A stretch of DNA of 64,000 nucleotides from Alphaproteobacteria bacterium (GCA_017616785.1 JAFZXK010000005.1:7906-71905); one strand, 5' to 3'. Shown: positions 50,596-60,619, numbered from the stretch's first letter. The notes: generated by a model from the sequence alone, not told the origin. A program made the numbers and translations.

Positions 50596-50778
50596 GCAAT
50601 CATGCTAACAAAAATCATCAAGCTAGGTCAAGTGCTTTTTTAAATCTGTATTTCTAAGGAAATCCCGGCTTCCTGACATTTTGAACACTCTTTTATAAAT
50701 TGTGTCCACACAATTTTAATTTGATTTTTGTCGCGCGTGGGGATAAAATGTTTCGGTGCGAAATCAAAGGGGGTCGGC

Positions 50779-51663
50779 ATGTTTGATACAGAAAAATTAA
50801 AATCTTTTTCTTGGATAAATGTTGCGAACCCTGATCATGATGATTTTGAAAAACTGCAAGATGAATACAAGATTGACGAAGATACAATCTCTGACATTTT
50901 GGACCCTGATGAACAACCGCGCATAGAGGTTGAAGATGATTACAAGGTTATAATTGTCCGCTTTCCCATTGTGAATCGCGAAACTGATACCCAGTGGCAT
51001 ACGGAACCGCTTTCCATTATTTATTCAACCAATCGCGTTATTACTGTGTGTCGCAAACGTTGCGATATATTGGACAAAATTAAACGCGCCGAAAAAACAT
51101 CACGTGAAGAATTTATTTTGAACATAATGTATTATATCGCGGAATCTTATTTGCGTTGTCTAAAGGAATTAAATCGTCGTGTTGTGGAATCCAAGAAAAA
51201 CCTGCAACAACAAATTAGGAAGCGCGAATTGCTGGCATTACTCGATGTGGAAAACAGTTATACTCTTTATATGACGGGGTTAAAGGGCAACCTTTCGGTT
51301 TTGGATAAATTGGAAAAGGTTCGCGGATTTGCAAAAAACGACGAATGCGTGGAACTGATTGAAGATTCGCGTATCGAACTGTCCCAGGGGATTGAGGTCG
51401 TAACCAGTTATACCAAGATGCTAAAATCCATCAAGGAAACATTTGAAAGCGTCATCAATATGGATTCGAACACATATATTAACCGCCTGACCATGTGGAA
51501 CATTATATTAATGTTGCCGACACTGGTTGTGGGGTATTATGGGATGAATGTCGCTCTGCCCTTTGCGGAACATGGCGACACAGGCATCGTTATTTTCGTG
51601 ATTATTATGGCGCTGTTGGTTGGATACGCACTGTTTATATTTGTACGTAAACGCATAATTTAA
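50779..51663 (+). CDS. corA: CorA family Mg2+ transporter
   Basis: ILDPDEQPRIE, PTLVVGYYGMNV (GMN signature), two C-terminal TMs. Confidence 0.93.
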   Translation: MFDTEKLKSFSWINVANPDHDDFEKLQDEYKIDEDTISDILDPDEQPRIEVEDDYKVIIVRFPIVNRETDTQWHTEPLSIIYSTNRVITVCRKRCDILDKIKRAEKTSREEFILNIMYYIAESYLRCLKELNRRVVESKKNLQQQIRKRELLALLDVENSYTLYMTGLKGNLSVLDKLEKVRGFAKNDECVELIEDSRIELSQGIEVVTSYTKMLKSIKETFESVINMDSNTYINRLTMWNIILMLPTLVVGYYGMNVALPFAEHGDTGIVIFVIIMALLVGYALFIFVRKRII

Positions 51664-52214
51664 TTTAGCACCGCCGAAATTTTCGCAAAGTTTTTATCGG
51701 CGTCCGCATCACTCACATCAACCGCGGAAAATTTTATATTCGGCGCGTGCCGCAGCCATTCTATTGCCGGCATCGTAATTTTCCAGAAATTATCAAGACG
51801 ACGGCGCACAACCGCGGCGTCCGCATCATCGGCGCGACCGCCACCTTCGCGGATTCTTTTTTCGATACGCGACAGCATCACCGATTCCGGAACATCCAAA
51901 TAAATCACATGAATATCAAATTTATGCGCGAAAGTTTCGACAATCCACTTTGCCTGACCAAGCGTACGGGGAAATCCGTCAAGAATTAAATCAGAATCCG
52001 TATCAAAATGCGTGGCAAGCAATTCAAACAAGTCGGCGTCCGGCACCAATTCACCACGCGCAATAATTTGTGAAAGCCGCGATTCCGGCGGCAAAGCACG
52101 CAAAATTGCGCCCGTTTCCATATATTCGTATTTTCCGCGCTCCATTATACGGCGCGCAAATGTGCCCTTGCCGGTGCCCTGACCACCCATCATAATAATC
52201 ATTTTTGGTTTCAT
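51660..52214 (-). CDS. adk: Adenylate kinase (short type)
   Basis: GGQGTGKGT, GELVPD, LDGFPRTLGQA, RADD. Confidence 0.88.
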   Translation of the reverse strand: MKPKMIIMMGGQGTGKGTFARRIMERGKYEYMETGAILRALPPESRLSQIIARGELVPDADLFELLATHFDTDSDLILDGFPRTLGQAKWIVETFAHKFDIHVIYLDVPESVMLSRIEKRIREGGGRADDADAAVVRRRLDNFWKITMPAIEWLRHAPNIKFSAVDVSDADADKNFAKISAVLN

Positions 52215-52249
52215 TTTCGTTCCTTTTGTCCCCAAAATTATACCACAAA

Positions 52250-52275
52250 AAAATCCCCATGGCTATGGGGATTTT
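52250..52275 (-). terminator. Terminator after rpsA
   Basis: aaaatccccat-ggct-atggggatttt. Confidence 0.75.
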
Positions 52276-52301
52276 ATTTGTTTTGAAAACTTTGCCTTTG
52301 A

Positions 52302-53990
52302 TTATTTACGGCTGTTTTCAATCGCTGCACCAAGAATATCGCCAAGGACGGAACCACTGTCGGCCTCGTTCGCGTATTCTTTGACCGCTTGCTTTTCAAG
52401 TGTAACCTGAAGCGCGCGGATGGACAATTTCACATTGTTCCCTTCCACGGATACCACGGATGCCTCAACCGTGTCGCCAACATGGAACTTGGATGTATCC
52501 TGTTCAGATTTTTCACGCGACAAATCGGTCCGACGGATTGTGCCCTTGATATCATTTGGCAAATCCAAAATCAATTCATCAGGTGTAACTTCGGACACAG
52601 TGCCCGACAAAACCGCACCTTTCTTAATAGATGCCGCGTTGTTGTCCGCGCCCGCCGTCAATTGTTTAATACCCAATGTAACGCGTTCTTTTTCCGGATT
52701 GATGTCCAAGATTTTCGCGGTTACTTCTTGGCCACGGACGAATTTTTTCAATTCTTCTTCGTCCAAACGGTTCCAAGAAAGGTCAGAAATGTGAACCATA
52801 CCGTCCAATTCCGGCGTCAATGCCACGAACAAACCGAATTCGGTTGTATTCTTAATCGGACCGGTAATAACATCGCCAACATTGTGTGTTTCGGCAAATT
52901 GCTTCCACGGATTTGGTTGCAATTGTTTATACCCAAGTGATATGCGGCGTTTTTCTTGGTCAATATCCAAAACCATAACATTGACTTCTTGGCCAACCTG
53001 TAAAACCTTGGACGGATGGATGTTTTTGTTCGTCCATGAAAGTTCAGACATATGGACCAAACCTTCGATATTGTTCCCCAGGTCGATAAACGCACCATAA
53101 TCGGTAACGGATGAAACCTTGCCGGTAACAGTGTCGCCAACGTTGAATGCGCGCGATGCGGTTTCCCATGGGTCTTCTTCCAATTGTTTTGCGCCAAGTG
53201 AAATGCGGTGTGTTTCCGGGTCAAATTGGATAACCTTGACCTTTATCTTTTCACCGACATGCACCAATTCACGCGGATGATTCACGCGTTTCCAAGACAA
53301 ATCGGTTACATGCAACAAACCGTCAATACCACCAAGGTCGATAAACACACCATAATCAGTGATGTTTTTAACCGTACCTTCCAGTACCGCGCCAAGTTCG
53401 ATGTTCTTTAACGCCTCTTTCTGGGCGGCGGCGATTGTATCAGATTGTATCGCGCGACGGGAAACAATTGCGTTTGTGCGCAACGCATCCATTTTCAACA
53501 CGCGGAATTTGTCTTTTAACCCAATCATAGATTTTGCATCGCGGATTGGTTTATGATCAACCTGGCTTGAGGGCATAAATGCGAATACGCCATTGATATC
53601 GACGGTATAGCCACCACGAACCACATCGATAATTGTACCTTCGGGATCTTCGCCCGCGGCAACGATTTTTTCAAGTTCTTTCCATGCCTTTTCGGCGCGT
53701 GCCTTGGCATAGGACAGAACCGCCGTTCCTTCACGCGATTCGTAACGTTCGACGAACACATCAATAATGTCGCCAACGGCCGGCACAGATGCGCCAAATT
53801 CACGCAACGGAACGCGACCTTCGGATTTAAGGCCAACATCAACCAAAACGAAATCGCCACGGATATCTTTGACCGTGCCCTTGGTCGCGTAACCTTGCAA
53901 AGTTTCTTGTTTACCATAGTTTTCATCAAACATTTTGACGAAATCTTCACCCGCGATCGGGTTAAATAAATCTTTGGATAAATCTTTCAT
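52302..53990 (-). CDS. rpsA: 30S ribosomal protein S1
   Basis: Repeated S1 domains (VDVGLKSEG, NITDYGVFIDLGGIDGLLHVTD). Confidence 0.97.
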   Translation of the reverse strand: MKDLSKDLFNPIAGEDFVKMFDENYGKQETLQGYATKGTVKDIRGDFVLVDVGLKSEGRVPLREFGASVPAVGDIIDVFVERYESREGTAVLSYAKARAEKAWKELEKIVAAGEDPEGTIIDVVRGGYTVDINGVFAFMPSSQVDHKPIRDAKSMIGLKDKFRVLKMDALRTNAIVSRRAIQSDTIAAAQKEALKNIELGAVLEGTVKNITDYGVFIDLGGIDGLLHVTDLSWKRVNHPRELVHVGEKIKVKVIQFDPETHRISLGAKQLEEDPWETASRAFNVGDTVTGKVSSVTDYGAFIDLGNNIEGLVHMSELSWTNKNIHPSKVLQVGQEVNVMVLDIDQEKRRISLGYKQLQPNPWKQFAETHNVGDVITGPIKNTTEFGLFVALTPELDGMVHISDLSWNRLDEEELKKFVRGQEVTAKILDINPEKERVTLGIKQLTAGADNNAASIKKGAVLSGTVSEVTPDELILDLPNDIKGTIRRTDLSREKSEQDTSKFHVGDTVEASVVSVEGNNVKLSIRALQVTLEKQAVKEYANEADSGSVLGDILGAAIENSRK

Positions 53991-54155
53991 TAGAATTCAT
54001 ACAAAGTTTGCCGTCGCAGCCATATTTGTTATAGGAAAAAACCGCGAGGTCTTGCGGGGTTAATCGGACTGATTTCGTGCCCGCCCACGGAAATCGGGGT
54101 ACATTGTATACACTTTTTAACAGAAAAGCAAGAAAAAACATAGTGTTGTTTTCTA

Positions 54156-54274
54156 TTGCTTTTTATTGCGATTTGTGATATAATTTGTCTCACAAAGGCG
54201 GGCGATTTTATCGGCCGTTTTTTATTTGACCGTGCATCATGCGCGGTTTTTTTGTTATAACAAAAGGAGAAAAT
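54156..54274 (+). promoter_or_regulatory. Promoter plus two terminator-like hairpins upstream of the tail-fibre gene
   Basis: TTGCTT-17-TATAAT; ggcgg..gccgtttttt and accgtgca/tgcgcggtttttt; SD aaggag. Confidence 0.55.
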
Positions 54275-55165
54275 ATGCAAAAAGTATCATACATGGGAAA
54301 CGGCGAAACAACCGAGTTTAGTTTTACTTTCCCTTATTATGAAAACACAAATATTATCGTAACCAAAAATGGTGCGACCACGACGGGCTATCAAATTATC
54401 GGAACCAGTGGCGGATTGGATGCGGATATTCCCTATGTCGGTGGCAAGGTAGTTTTTGAAACCGCACCAACGGTGATGGACAGTATAACCATTGCACGCA
54501 GTTTACCGCTGGAACGCGTAATCGATTATCAACCAACGGCGAAAATCGATCCCACAACCGTAAATCAAGATATGAACTATATGATGGAAATCTTGAAAGA
54601 CATGCAGGACCAACTGGACACTTTCCACACGCAATACGCCGAAATTGCCGACAGCGAATCCGCCGCGACACTTTTGGCGCGAATAGACGCAATAAGCGAA
54701 GACATTACATCCGTAAGTGCACAAATAACGGGCCTTGGTGATATAAGCACATTGCGGCAATCTGTTACCGATTTGTCAACGACTGTTGGCGGTCACACAA
54801 CAAGTATTGGTTCACTAAACACACTTACAAGTGGCATGACTGATTATGTTATCGCGTCACAATCGCCAACGGCGGACAACAACTATACTTGGTACCGTAA
54901 ATATAAAAGTGGCTGGGTTGAACAAGGTGGCTATCGTGTGGCAACGACTAATTCTGGCGAGCAAATTACACTGCCTGTGGAAATGGCCGACGCACATTAT
55001 CTAATAAACATGACCACAAATAATGATACAAGTGGCGGCACATATCATTATCCTGTGTGGGAAAACCAGACCGCAACAGGATTCCAAGCAGAATTGGTTT
55101 ACCAAGGAAATTGGTATCCTGGGGCTTTCTATTGGGAAGTCAGGGGCAAAATGGCGACCGAATAA
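54275..55165 (+). CDS. Phage T7-like tail fibre protein (stand-alone)
   Basis: MQKVSYMGNGETTEFSFTFPY (T7 gp17-type N-terminus), coiled coil, WYRKYKSGWVEQGG C-terminal domain. Confidence 0.75.
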   Translation: MQKVSYMGNGETTEFSFTFPYYENTNIIVTKNGATTTGYQIIGTSGGLDADIPYVGGKVVFETAPTVMDSITIARSLPLERVIDYQPTAKIDPTTVNQDMNYMMEILKDMQDQLDTFHTQYAEIADSESAATLLARIDAISEDITSVSAQITGLGDISTLRQSVTDLSTTVGGHTTSIGSLNTLTSGMTDYVIASQSPTADNNYTWYRKYKSGWVEQGGYRVATTNSGEQITLPVEMADAHYLINMTTNNDTSGGTYHYPVWENQTATGFQAELVYQGNWYPGAFYWEVRGKMATE

Positions 55166-55180
55166 ATATTATACTGATGC

Positions 55181-55210
55181 GAATAAATCCACCATGTGGT
55201 GGATTTATTC
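55181..55210. terminator. Bidirectional terminator
   Basis: gaataaatccacc-atgt-ggtggatttattc. Confidence 0.75.
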
Positions 55211-56014
55211 ATTATAACTGTGCATAGATACCGTTTTATATTTATCTTTGTTTGGCATTTTATCGTATTCAGTAAAAACGATGCTTTTATTATACCATTC
55301 CCGTATAATCATATATTTCCTATGATTATAATACATATAATTACCGTATGTTTCATATTCGGAAAACGAAGATATTTGCGCGGGGTCAAGGTTATCGATT
55401 ATCGCATCAACCCACTTTTTATGTGTGTATTCTTCTATTTTTTGCTTCATTTCTGATAAAAAAGATTTCTTGAACAGCATGTGGTGCGCGACAAAAGATA
55501 ATGCAAACCGTTTGTTTAATCCTAATAATTTTTTATAACTCGTAAAATATGGTGCATGATATTCATCGGAACAATCGAAAACCATTTTGTTTCGTTTTAC
55601 AAAAAATTGTTTGCGTGTGAATACGGTATCAGAATCCGCGACCAATATGTATTCATTTTTGCAAATTTTGTCACAGTTTAATTTCAATAATTGTTGGAAA
55701 ATCCATCCAGACCTATCCATGCCACAAGGTTTATAATCTATATCCTTGACGGTTATATCCAACACCGTGTTTTCATCTATGAACGTGCAGTTATATTTGT
55801 TGCAAAAACCCCTAATAAAATCAGAATCCGGTGCGACCAGATATATGTTATCTATGTGATGCTGAATATTCGCAAGTGACGGTATAACCAAAGATAATTT
55901 ATTCAAATCCTTGTCGGTTGTTGGTATTACAACGTCAATATGTCCATGTTTTCTTGATGCGAAACATTTATTATAAAACGATAAAGTTTTTGATTTTATG
56001 TACTTGTGTTTCAT
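55205..56014 (-). CDS. DUF6492-like glycosyltransferase-related protein
   Basis: RSGWIFQQLLKL, DSDTVF, SFSEYETYGNY. Confidence 0.7.
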   Translation of the reverse strand: MKHKYIKSKTLSFYNKCFASRKHGHIDVVIPTTDKDLNKLSLVIPSLANIQHHIDNIYLVAPDSDFIRGFCNKYNCTFIDENTVLDITVKDIDYKPCGMDRSGWIFQQLLKLNCDKICKNEYILVADSDTVFTRKQFFVKRNKMVFDCSDEYHAPYFTSYKKLLGLNKRFALSFVAHHMLFKKSFLSEMKQKIEEYTHKKWVDAIIDNLDPAQISSFSEYETYGNYMYYNHRKYMIIREWYNKSIVFTEYDKMPNKDKYKTVSMHSYNE

Positions 56015-56016
56015 AC

Positions 56017-56820
56017 CTAAATCCTTTGCCATTTTATCGGAACAATATCGGTTAATTGCCCATCCGCAAACCATTGTACCGGTGCGACAACAATTTTATC
56101 TGAATTTTGATTAAGCCATGCGCCCCACCAAGAAAAACTGCTGTTTGCGATGATATTATGTTTACAATTTGCCATTAACCACATATCCCATGCACTATCA
56201 CGACCATGATTTATATCAACAAATGTACATGGAACATCAAGTTTTAGATTATCTGTCACCCACTGTGGGTCATCAGAGAAAATAAAAAAGTGTGGATCTG
56301 TTACATGTTCTGCGATAAATTTTATTGCACGCGCATAATAATCCAAATCACAAAGGCCGTGAATATGTTGCAATTTAACATAATCACCACGCCGGACATG
56401 TATCGAAACACTGTTTGTTTTATGTATTAAATCCAAGATTTTTTGATTTTGTTGGTTCGGTTTTTGCCTTGGCACAAAATCTTTTACTAATCGTTCACGA
56501 ATTGGTTCATAATAACGCGCCACCTGAAAATACCCCTCGATAACACCAGCTTTTGTTTTTAACAATTCGGAATTGTAAACATTATATGGTTTTTCAACAT
56601 ATCGTTTTCGTTTAATAACACCAAAAATTTTTGTTTTATTGGTAAGTGCGGGATTTATATTCCAAAAGTCCAATTCGTATTCACGCTGCGCGACATTTGG
56701 ATTGCCACGTGTTTCATCAAACCATGATGTGTCATACTTGACCGTTCCGCCAATTGCAATTCCAAAGGCGTATTGAAACATCTGATTTCCCAAACCACCC
56801 ATCAACCTAATTATTTTCAC
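56017..56820 (-). CDS. Alpha-1,2-fucosyltransferase (GT11)
   Basis: GGLGNQMFQYA, HVRRGDY, FSDDP, NSSFSWWGAWL. Confidence 0.93.
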   Translation of the reverse strand: MKIIRLMGGLGNQMFQYAFGIAIGGTVKYDTSWFDETRGNPNVAQREYELDFWNINPALTNKTKIFGVIKRKRYVEKPYNVYNSELLKTKAGVIEGYFQVARYYEPIRERLVKDFVPRQKPNQQNQKILDLIHKTNSVSIHVRRGDYVKLQHIHGLCDLDYYARAIKFIAEHVTDPHFFIFSDDPQWVTDNLKLDVPCTFVDINHGRDSAWDMWLMANCKHNIIANSSFSWWGAWLNQNSDKIVVAPVQWFADGQLTDIVPIKWQRI

Positions 56821-56822
56821 TT

Positions 56823-57674
56823 TTAATCCTTTACATATCTGTCACGAAAATTATGTCTGGCACTGCGCCGCACGATAAACAAACAAATGATTCTTCCCAA
56901 CCATTTAGGTAACAATAAACCTTGTTTATATTGTCCCCGTGCGCACCCAAGTATATGTTGTTGTTTTTCGACATCGTCGGTCAACATTTTTAGAATATTA
57001 TGTTTTACGCGTTGTGCGGTTTTATATTGTTCCGCCCCATGAACAACCCCTATATTTGCATCTGCCACACGATAGCGCAATAATATTTCCGGCAAATTGT
57101 GAATTTCTGTTATAAAAACCATACGTGACCACAATTCAAAATCTTCGCACCATTTGTAATTGTTATCATATCTAAAACCGTATGTGTCCAACACGGATTT
57201 TCGCATAAATACTGTCGGGTGACCTACATGTTGATCGGCAAGTATGTTAAGTATTTTTATGCGTGTCGGGTGCCTAACAACCCCATGCGCATTTCCAAAA
57301 CGTTCAAACCATGCGCCCAGAACGCTACATTCTGGATGTTCATCCATGTATTTAATCTGTTTTTCAAAACGCATGGGTAAAGAAATGTCGTCACTATCCA
57401 TGCGGGCAATATATTCACCATTGGCCAAATCAAGTCCTTCGTTTAATACACCAACCAATCCTTTGTTCTGTTCATTGTTAACAAACTTTATTCTTTTATC
57501 TTTCCCGGCGTATTCAGAAATTATCTTTGCGGTATTATCCGTTGAACCATCGTTCAAGATGATAAATTCAAAATCAGTAAATGTCTGATTCAAAATAGAT
57601 TCAATCGCTTCGCTGATATATTTCTCAGAATTATATGCCGGCATTACAACAGATATACGTGGTGATTTTTTCAT
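56823..57674 (-). CDS. Glycosyltransferase family 2
   Basis: NDGSTD, YIARMDSDD, EDFELW. Confidence 0.92.
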   Translation of the reverse strand: MKKSPRISVVMPAYNSEKYISEAIESILNQTFTDFEFIILNDGSTDNTAKIISEYAGKDKRIKFVNNEQNKGLVGVLNEGLDLANGEYIARMDSDDISLPMRFEKQIKYMDEHPECSVLGAWFERFGNAHGVVRHPTRIKILNILADQHVGHPTVFMRKSVLDTYGFRYDNNYKWCEDFELWSRMVFITEIHNLPEILLRYRVADANIGVVHGAEQYKTAQRVKHNILKMLTDDVEKQQHILGCARGQYKQGLLLPKWLGRIICLFIVRRSARHNFRDRYVKD

Positions 57675-57686
57675 GATATTTCCCCT

Positions 57687-58517
57687 TTAGTTAAGAAAAC
57701 ACGCTTTGATTCTATGCCGCAAATCCCTGGACGGGATAAAGAAACATAAAATACGAATTAAAAATTTTTTTATCCCGAACCATGGCGACAAATCCCTTTT
57801 TATTGATTTAACAATTTCCGGGAACCTATCATATGTTTTTCGATGGTTTTTGATTATTTGCTTTATCATTTGTTTATGGCGCTTATTATTTCCCGATACA
57901 TTTGAAATAAGAGTTCGTCCATGCTTACGATAATACAGAAACACCTTATCAAATTGAAAAACTGTCCGGCCAAGTTCAATAATAGACAACCAAAAATCCC
58001 AATCTTCTAATCCATACTTCATGTTTGGATTATAGCCCCCTATTTTATTCCAATCGCATTTCCTAAACATATTTGTGCAAACAAGGCAGTTTGCCTTTAA
58101 TATTTCGGGATACGAATATTTTGGCAAATTCCAGATACCCGTTTTATCACCAAAAAATTCTGTAAGTCCGCCACAAATGCCACATTCGCCATGCAAATCT
58201 AAATATTCGGAACATTTCTTTAAAACATCAGAAGAAATTTTATCATCGCAATCAAGTGGCAAAATATATTTGCCCTTCGCGTGTTTTATACCCGTATTTC
58301 TGGCCCCGGGCAACCCCATGTTCTTTTGCCGAATAAGAGTCGTTTTTTCACGACTAAAATTATCCAAGATTTTTTTTGATGCTTCCGCGGTTGAACCATC
58401 ATCAACAACGATTATTTCAAAATCATGGGTCGTTTGGCCCAAAACAGAATTCACACAATCGTCCAAGAATTCCGCTTGATTAAAACAGGGTATAATTACA
58501 CTAATTTTTGGTGGCAT
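57687..58517 (-). CDS. Glycosyltransferase family 2
   Basis: VDDGST, ILPLDCDD, LEDWDFW. Confidence 0.92.
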   Translation of the reverse strand: MPPKISVIIPCFNQAEFLDDCVNSVLGQTTHDFEIIVVDDGSTAEASKKILDNFSREKTTLIRQKNMGLPGARNTGIKHAKGKYILPLDCDDKISSDVLKKCSEYLDLHGECGICGGLTEFFGDKTGIWNLPKYSYPEILKANCLVCTNMFRKCDWNKIGGYNPNMKYGLEDWDFWLSIIELGRTVFQFDKVFLYYRKHGRTLISNVSGNNKRHKQMIKQIIKNHRKTYDRFPEIVKSIKRDLSPWFGIKKFLIRILCFFIPSRDLRHRIKACFLN

Positions 58518-60615
58518 AATTTGTCTCCGTTTTGTCATTTTTACAAAACTTAACTATTTCATCAAGGGCCGTTTTTGCATCTATTTTACTTATGACAAGC
58601 CCTTGGTGATAATTTTTGATACGTTCCGCCTGGGCCCCAAGATTAAAGCATGCTGTCTTTAATTCCATTTCGATGGCTTCTTGGGTTGTATAACTAAAAG
58701 TTTCGGGACAAATTGATGGTATAAAAATAATATCAATATTATGCTCTTCAATTATGTTCGGTAAATCTTCTGGGATATAGGTACCGGTTTCAATAATGTT
58801 GGGGAAACCTTTCTTATTAGCCGTGTATCCAATTAAGGTTATCGTCACATTTTTGTATTTGGGTAAAAGTTTACCCATTTCTGATAAAATGTATGCGCCC
58901 TTGGCGGCATGTATCGCACCCAATATGGCTATATTTATTCCGTCGTGTTCATGAACAACCGGTACACGTATTTTTGGGATTGTATGTGGTATAACCTTTA
59001 TCTTGTCTTTTGTCTGTGGAAATAGCATCGCATATATTTCACGCGTTGAATCTGAAAATGCAATTATTTCGTCGCATATCTCGGCAAAAAATTTTCCCCA
59101 CGCTGTTTGGTATGCAGTCAAGTTACTTATTTTTATCGGTTGCTTATCCAAGTGCAATTTACATGTCTTGCATTGTTCCAATCTTGTAATGTTACAATAC
59201 GTCATATCATTATTTACCATACATATCGATGGACAAATCGACATAAAATCATGGGCACGAAACGACACAACACATTTTAAATGACTTTTTATATCCGAAA
59301 TTAATTTTAATGTCTCAGGAATTTGTAGCCATGACGTAATGCTGTTAACAACAATGGAATCGATTTTTATGTGATCTAATATGTTAAGAATATCATCATG
59401 TTCAATGTATATGGTTCCCGAATATTCTTTGTAATACCAAGACATACGTACGTATCCGTAATTTTTTTCGCATAATTTTATACACAACGAATCTTGTCGC
59501 AAACTTTCTATTTGCCGTTGTGCATACATTTCCGCACCGCCACCCCAAGCATGACAAAACCAAACCGATGTGCTATTTGCTATCGAATTGAAAAATAATA
59601 TTTTTATAAATTCGCGCAAAGACGCGTATATTCCCTCATGCTGTGCTTTTTGAACATCTTTTATGTAATTCTTGTAACGATTTTTTATAATAGCCAAATG
59701 GCGTTCTATCATCTTAAATTTTTCAACGCCAAAACTTGCGCCATGTTTGTGCCATACAAACAAATTCGGGGCAATCGTGTTATAAAAGCCCTTTTTAATT
59801 GCGCGTTGACACCAATCATTTTCTTCGCCATATCCACGTTCAAAAATTTCATCAAGCAACCCAACGCTATGTAAAGCTTCTTTGTTTATTGCCATACAAA
59901 ATCCCACACCTGTTGGGAAACTTAATTTATCGAAAGGTGCATTGATACATGAAATAGATTCATTGATGGATTCTAAATCACCATCAAATATATTGTCCCC
60001 AAATTCGGGGATAGAAAAAATCGTGGCACAATTACTAAATGGGGTTACAGTTGCCACTTTTGAATCTTGCTCTATCGGATACAAAAGCCCAGACGCCCAC
60101 TTTTTCGGCAGAATAACATCTGTATTTATTAACACTACATTATTTGTTGTTTGTTTTAACGCCGCATTAACACTTTTTACGAAACCAAGATTGTGTTCAT
60201 TTTCAATAAGAATCATTTTTGAACCAAAAGCGGTTGCATATTTTTTCAATAACGGCAAAACCCGTTTGTCTGTTGAAGCGTCATTGACCACGAATAACCT
60301 ATAATGTAGATCCGTATTTTCTTTGATACACTGAAACAATCCATCAAGAAAATCAAAACCATTATACACCGGAACAATAATATCTATTGGCGATGTTACA
60401 AGAGATGTATTTCGGATGAACAATGTATTTGTGTTCAACTTGTTTACTAAATTATCTGTATTATGGCGACTCGTCAGTATGCCGAGAACAAATGTTTCAC
60501 GATAATTTGTGCTCCAATGCTTTCTTATCAATAACAAACGCGTTCCCCGCAAAAAATACTTGACTGTTTTTACATGATCATCATAACTTTCGACTCTGGT
60601 TATCAAAAAGCTCAT
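58501..60615 (-). CDS. Bifunctional GT2 + GT4-like glycosyltransferase
   Basis: NDASTD, GYGEENDWC; C-terminal HAWGGGA, AAKG, PETFSYT; start MSFL at 60615 with SD ggag. Confidence 0.88.
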   Translation of the reverse strand: MSFLITRVESYDDHVKTVKYFLRGTRLLLIRKHWSTNYRETFVLGILTSRHNTDNLVNKLNTNTLFIRNTSLVTSPIDIIVPVYNGFDFLDGLFQCIKENTDLHYRLFVVNDASTDKRVLPLLKKYATAFGSKMILIENEHNLGFVKSVNAALKQTTNNVVLINTDVILPKKWASGLLYPIEQDSKVATVTPFSNCATIFSIPEFGDNIFDGDLESINESISCINAPFDKLSFPTGVGFCMAINKEALHSVGLLDEIFERGYGEENDWCQRAIKKGFYNTIAPNLFVWHKHGASFGVEKFKMIERHLAIIKNRYKNYIKDVQKAQHEGIYASLREFIKILFFNSIANSTSVWFCHAWGGGAEMYAQRQIESLRQDSLCIKLCEKNYGYVRMSWYYKEYSGTIYIEHDDILNILDHIKIDSIVVNSITSWLQIPETLKLISDIKSHLKCVVSFRAHDFMSICPSICMVNNDMTYCNITRLEQCKTCKLHLDKQPIKISNLTAYQTAWGKFFAEICDEIIAFSDSTREIYAMLFPQTKDKIKVIPHTIPKIRVPVVHEHDGINIAILGAIHAAKGAYILSEMGKLLPKYKNVTITLIGYTANKKGFPNIIETGTYIPEDLPNIIEEHNIDIIFIPSICPETFSYTTQEAIEMELKTACFNLGAQAERIKNYHQGLVISKIDAKTALDEIVKFCKNDKTETNYATKN

Positions 60616-60619
60616 TGTG

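Noticed and set aside
50372-50608. Short ORFs overlapping leader C, and the 30-codon upstream extension through leader A, as leader peptides
   Set aside because: No SD, non-ATG or weak starts, and not conserved among the three leaders
53991-54105. SD-less, hairpin-rich rpsA leader
   Set aside because: A known property of rpsA translation initiation regions, so not novel
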